From assembly GCF_009914755.1 (NCBI RefSeq), contig NC_060930.1: 64,000 nt of DNA. One strand, 5' to 3'. Under the pieces are notes generated by a model. The model was not told the DNA's origin. It did not search any database and saw only the letters and a list, made by a program, of their open reading frames with translations. A program made the translations under genes and the position numbers. Positions 60,761 through 64,000 of the stretch are shown here, piece by piece. This DNA comes from the human T2T-CHM13v2.0 reference genome, Homo sapiens. Within the stretch, counting starts at the first letter, position 1. Each line of letters opens with the position of its first letter.

Positions 60761-63700
60761 AGTTTTGAGCAATTTTCTTAATCTTGACTTATATTTTTAT
60801 TATCCTGTAGTTTGAGAGTGTGTTTGGTATGATTTTGGTTCTTTTACATTTGTTGAGGATTGTTTTATGTCCAATCATGTGGTCAATTTTAGAGTATTCA
60901 CCATGTGATGATGAAAAGAATGTATATTTTGTTGCTTTTGGGTGGAGAGTTCTGAAAAGCTCTATCAGATCCATTTGGTCTAACATTGAGTATAGGTCCT
61001 GAATATTTTCGTTAATTTTCTGCCTCTATGATAGCAGCCAGGAAGAAAATGATTCCCTGAACAGACCAATAATGAGCTCTGAAATAGAATCAGTAATAAA
61101 TAGCTAACAAACAAACAAAAAAGCCCAGGACCTCATGGATTCACAGCCGAATTCTGTCAGATGTACAAAAATGAGCTGGTACCCTTCCTACTGAAACTAT
61201 TGAAAAACAAAACAAACAAAAATGAGCAGGAGAGACTCCTCTTCAAATCATTCTTGATACCAGCGTCATCTTACCAAAACCTGTCAGAGACACACACAAA
61301 AAAGAAAAGTTTAGGCTAATATCCTTGATAAACATTGATGCAAAAATCCTCAACAAAACACTTGCAAACTGAATCCAGCAGCATATCAAAAAGCTAATCC
61401 ACCATGATCAAGCAGACTTTTTCTCCAGATGCAAAGTTGATTCAACATTCACAAATCAATAAATGTGATACATCACATAAATAGAACTAAAGACAAAAAC
61501 CACAAGATTATCTCAATAAACACAGAAAGACTTTTAATAAAATTCAACACCCTTTCATGTTAAAAACTCTCAATAAACTAGGTATTGAAGGAACATACCT
61601 CAAAATAATAAGAGTCATCTATGACAATTCCATAGCTAATATTATACTGAATGAGCAAAAGCTAAAAACATTCCCCTTGAAAACTGGCACAAGACAAGGA
61701 TGCTCTCTCTCAACACTTCTATACAACATAGTGTTAGAAGTTCTGGTCAGGGCAATCAAGCAAGAGAAAGAAATAAAGGGCATCCAAATAAGAAGAGAGG
61801 AAGTCCAACAACCTCTATTTGCAGACAACATGACTCTACATATAGAAAACCCTATAATCTCAGCCCAAAAGCTCTTCCAGCTGATAAACAACTTCAGCAA
61901 AGCTGTAGGATACAAAATCAACGTAGAAAATTATTAGGATTCCTATACACCAACAGCAGCCAAATCAAGAGCCAAATCAAAAGGCAATCCCATTTACAAT
62001 TTCTGCAAAAGAATAAAATACCTAGAAATACAGCTAACTAGGGAGGTGAAAGATTTCTACAATAAGAAGTACAAACCACTCTTCAAATAAATCAGAGAAG
62101 ACACCAACAAATGGAACACCATTCCATGCTCATGAATAGGAAGAATCAATATTGTGAAAATGGCTATACTACCAAAAGCAACTTATAGATTAAATGCTAT
62201 GCCTATCAAACTAGCAATAACATTCTTCACAGAACTAGAAAAAAAAACTATTTTAAAATTCATATAGAACCAGAAAAAGAGCCCAAATAGCCAAGGCAAT
62301 CCTAAGCAAAAAGAACAAAGATGGAGGCATCATATCATCCAACTTCAAACTCTATGTACTACAAGGCTACAGCAAACAAAACAGTATGAAACTGGTACAA
62401 AAACAGACATAGACCATATGGAACAGAATAGAGAGCCCAGAAAAAAGGCTGTATATCTATGACCATCTGATCTTTGTCAAAGCTGACAAAAACAAGCAAT
62501 GGGGAAAAAACTCCCTATTCAATAAATGTTGGTGGGATAACTGGCTAGCCATATGCAGAGGATTTTTACTAGACTCCTTTCTTATACCACATAAAAAATA
62601 ACACAAAATGGATTAAAGATTTAACTGCAAACCCCAAAACTATAGAAATGCTGGAAGACAACCTAAGCAATACCATTCTGGGCATAAGAGTGGGCAAACA
62701 TTTTATGACAAAGACACCAAACACAATTGTAACAAAAGCAAAAATTGATAAGTGGTAGCTTTGGCACAGCGGAAGAAACTATCAGACAACCTGCAGGATG
62801 GGAATAAATTTTTGTAATCTATGCTTCTGACAAAGGTCTAATATCCAGCATCTATAAGAAAGTTAAACAAATTTACAAGAGAAAAACAACCGCATTTAAA
62901 AATGGGCAAAGCACATGGACAGACACTTTCCAAAAGAAGACATACCGATGGCCAAGAAGCAAGCATATGATAAAAAGCTCTATATCACTAACCATTACAG
63001 AAATGCAAATCAAAACTACAGTGAGATACCATCTTATGCCAGTCAGAATGGCTATTATTAAAAGTAAAAAACAAACCAAAAACCAGGTACTGGCAAGGAT
63101 GTGGAGAAAAAGGAACACTTTTACACTGTTGTGGTAAAAATTAGTTCAGCCATTATGGAAGGCAGTGTGCTGATTCCTTAAAGACCTAGAGGCAGAAATA
63201 CCATTCAACCCAGCAATGCTATTACTGGATATATAGCCAAAGGACTATAAATCATTCTACTATAAAGACACATGCAAACATATGTTCATTGCAGCACTAT
63301 TCACAATAGCAAAGACATGGAATCAACCTAAATGTCCATCAATGACAGTTTGGATAAAGAAAATGTGGTACATCTACACCATGGAATACTATGCAGCCAC
63401 AAAGAAAGAACAAGATCCTATCTTTTGCAGGAACATGAATGGAGCTAGAAGCTATAATCCTTAGGAAACTAAAGCAGGAACAGGAAACCAAATACCACAT
63501 GTACTCACTTATAGGTAGAAGAAGCTAAATGATAAAAACTTATGAACACAAAGAAGAAAACAACAGACACTGGGGTCTACTTGAGGGGGGAGGGTGGGAG
63601 GAGAGAGAGTAGCAGAAAAGGTAACTATTGGGTATTGGGTTTAATACATGAGTGATGAAATAATACGTACAACAAACTGTCCCATGACACATTTTTACCT

Positions 63701-63884
63701 ATGTAACAAATCTTCACATGTACCCTCAAACCTGAAATAAAAGTTTTTAAAAAAACTATCCTTTAAATTTACTCATATAAAAATAAATGCTATCTGTATA
63801 AATTGGAGTTCATTCTCATCAACAAGTGGGAAATAACAGGCCAGGAGAATCACTCATATTTTGTTTTAATGAAAAGTGATTCAT

Positions 63885-64000
63885 GCTGGATATAGTGGCT
63901 TACATCTGTAATCCCAATACTTTGGCATGCCGAGGTGAGAGGATCGCCTGAGACCAGCCTGGGCAACAAAGCAAGGCCTCATATCAACAAAAATAAAAAA
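63885..64000 (+). mobile_element. FLAM/AluJ monomer
   Basis: GCTGGATATAGTGGCTTACATCTGTAATCCCAA...GAGACCAGCCTGGGCAAC followed by an A-rich end. Confidence 0.8.

Overview
This is AT-rich primate (most likely human or hominoid) non-genic DNA made almost entirely of nested interspersed repeats. I can support no host protein-coding gene, RNA gene or CRISPR array; every long ORF traces to L1, Tigger1, ERV, Alu or microsatellite sequence. Main contents: old and young L1s (three with twin-priming 5' inversions and clear TSDs), a Tigger1 relic, about ten Alus, many solo LTRs (MER41, MLT2, THE1, MST, MER4D/E, LTR8, MER39-like, MER9) and a MER4 provirus nested in another ERV1. There are also two HERV-H-clade proviruses on the minus strand: a deleted HERV-H with a His PBS (26082-32910) and a near full-length element with a Phe-type PBS (39442-47961). 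The most unusual structures are: (i) a near-perfect 448-bp inverted duplication inside the HERV-H, far younger than the provirus; (ii) five shared non-consensus variants between two inverted young L1s of different subfamilies about 12 kb apart, suggesting gene conversion or inversion toggling; (iii) a TSD-flanked, polyadenylated retrocopy of an RNA that ended at an MST LTR poly(A) site; and (iv) an open env TM reading frame behind a furin site destroyed by poly(A) expansion. Subfamily names come from remembered consensus sequences and need RepeatMasker/Dfam confirmation. I found no evidence for a new multi-gene system.
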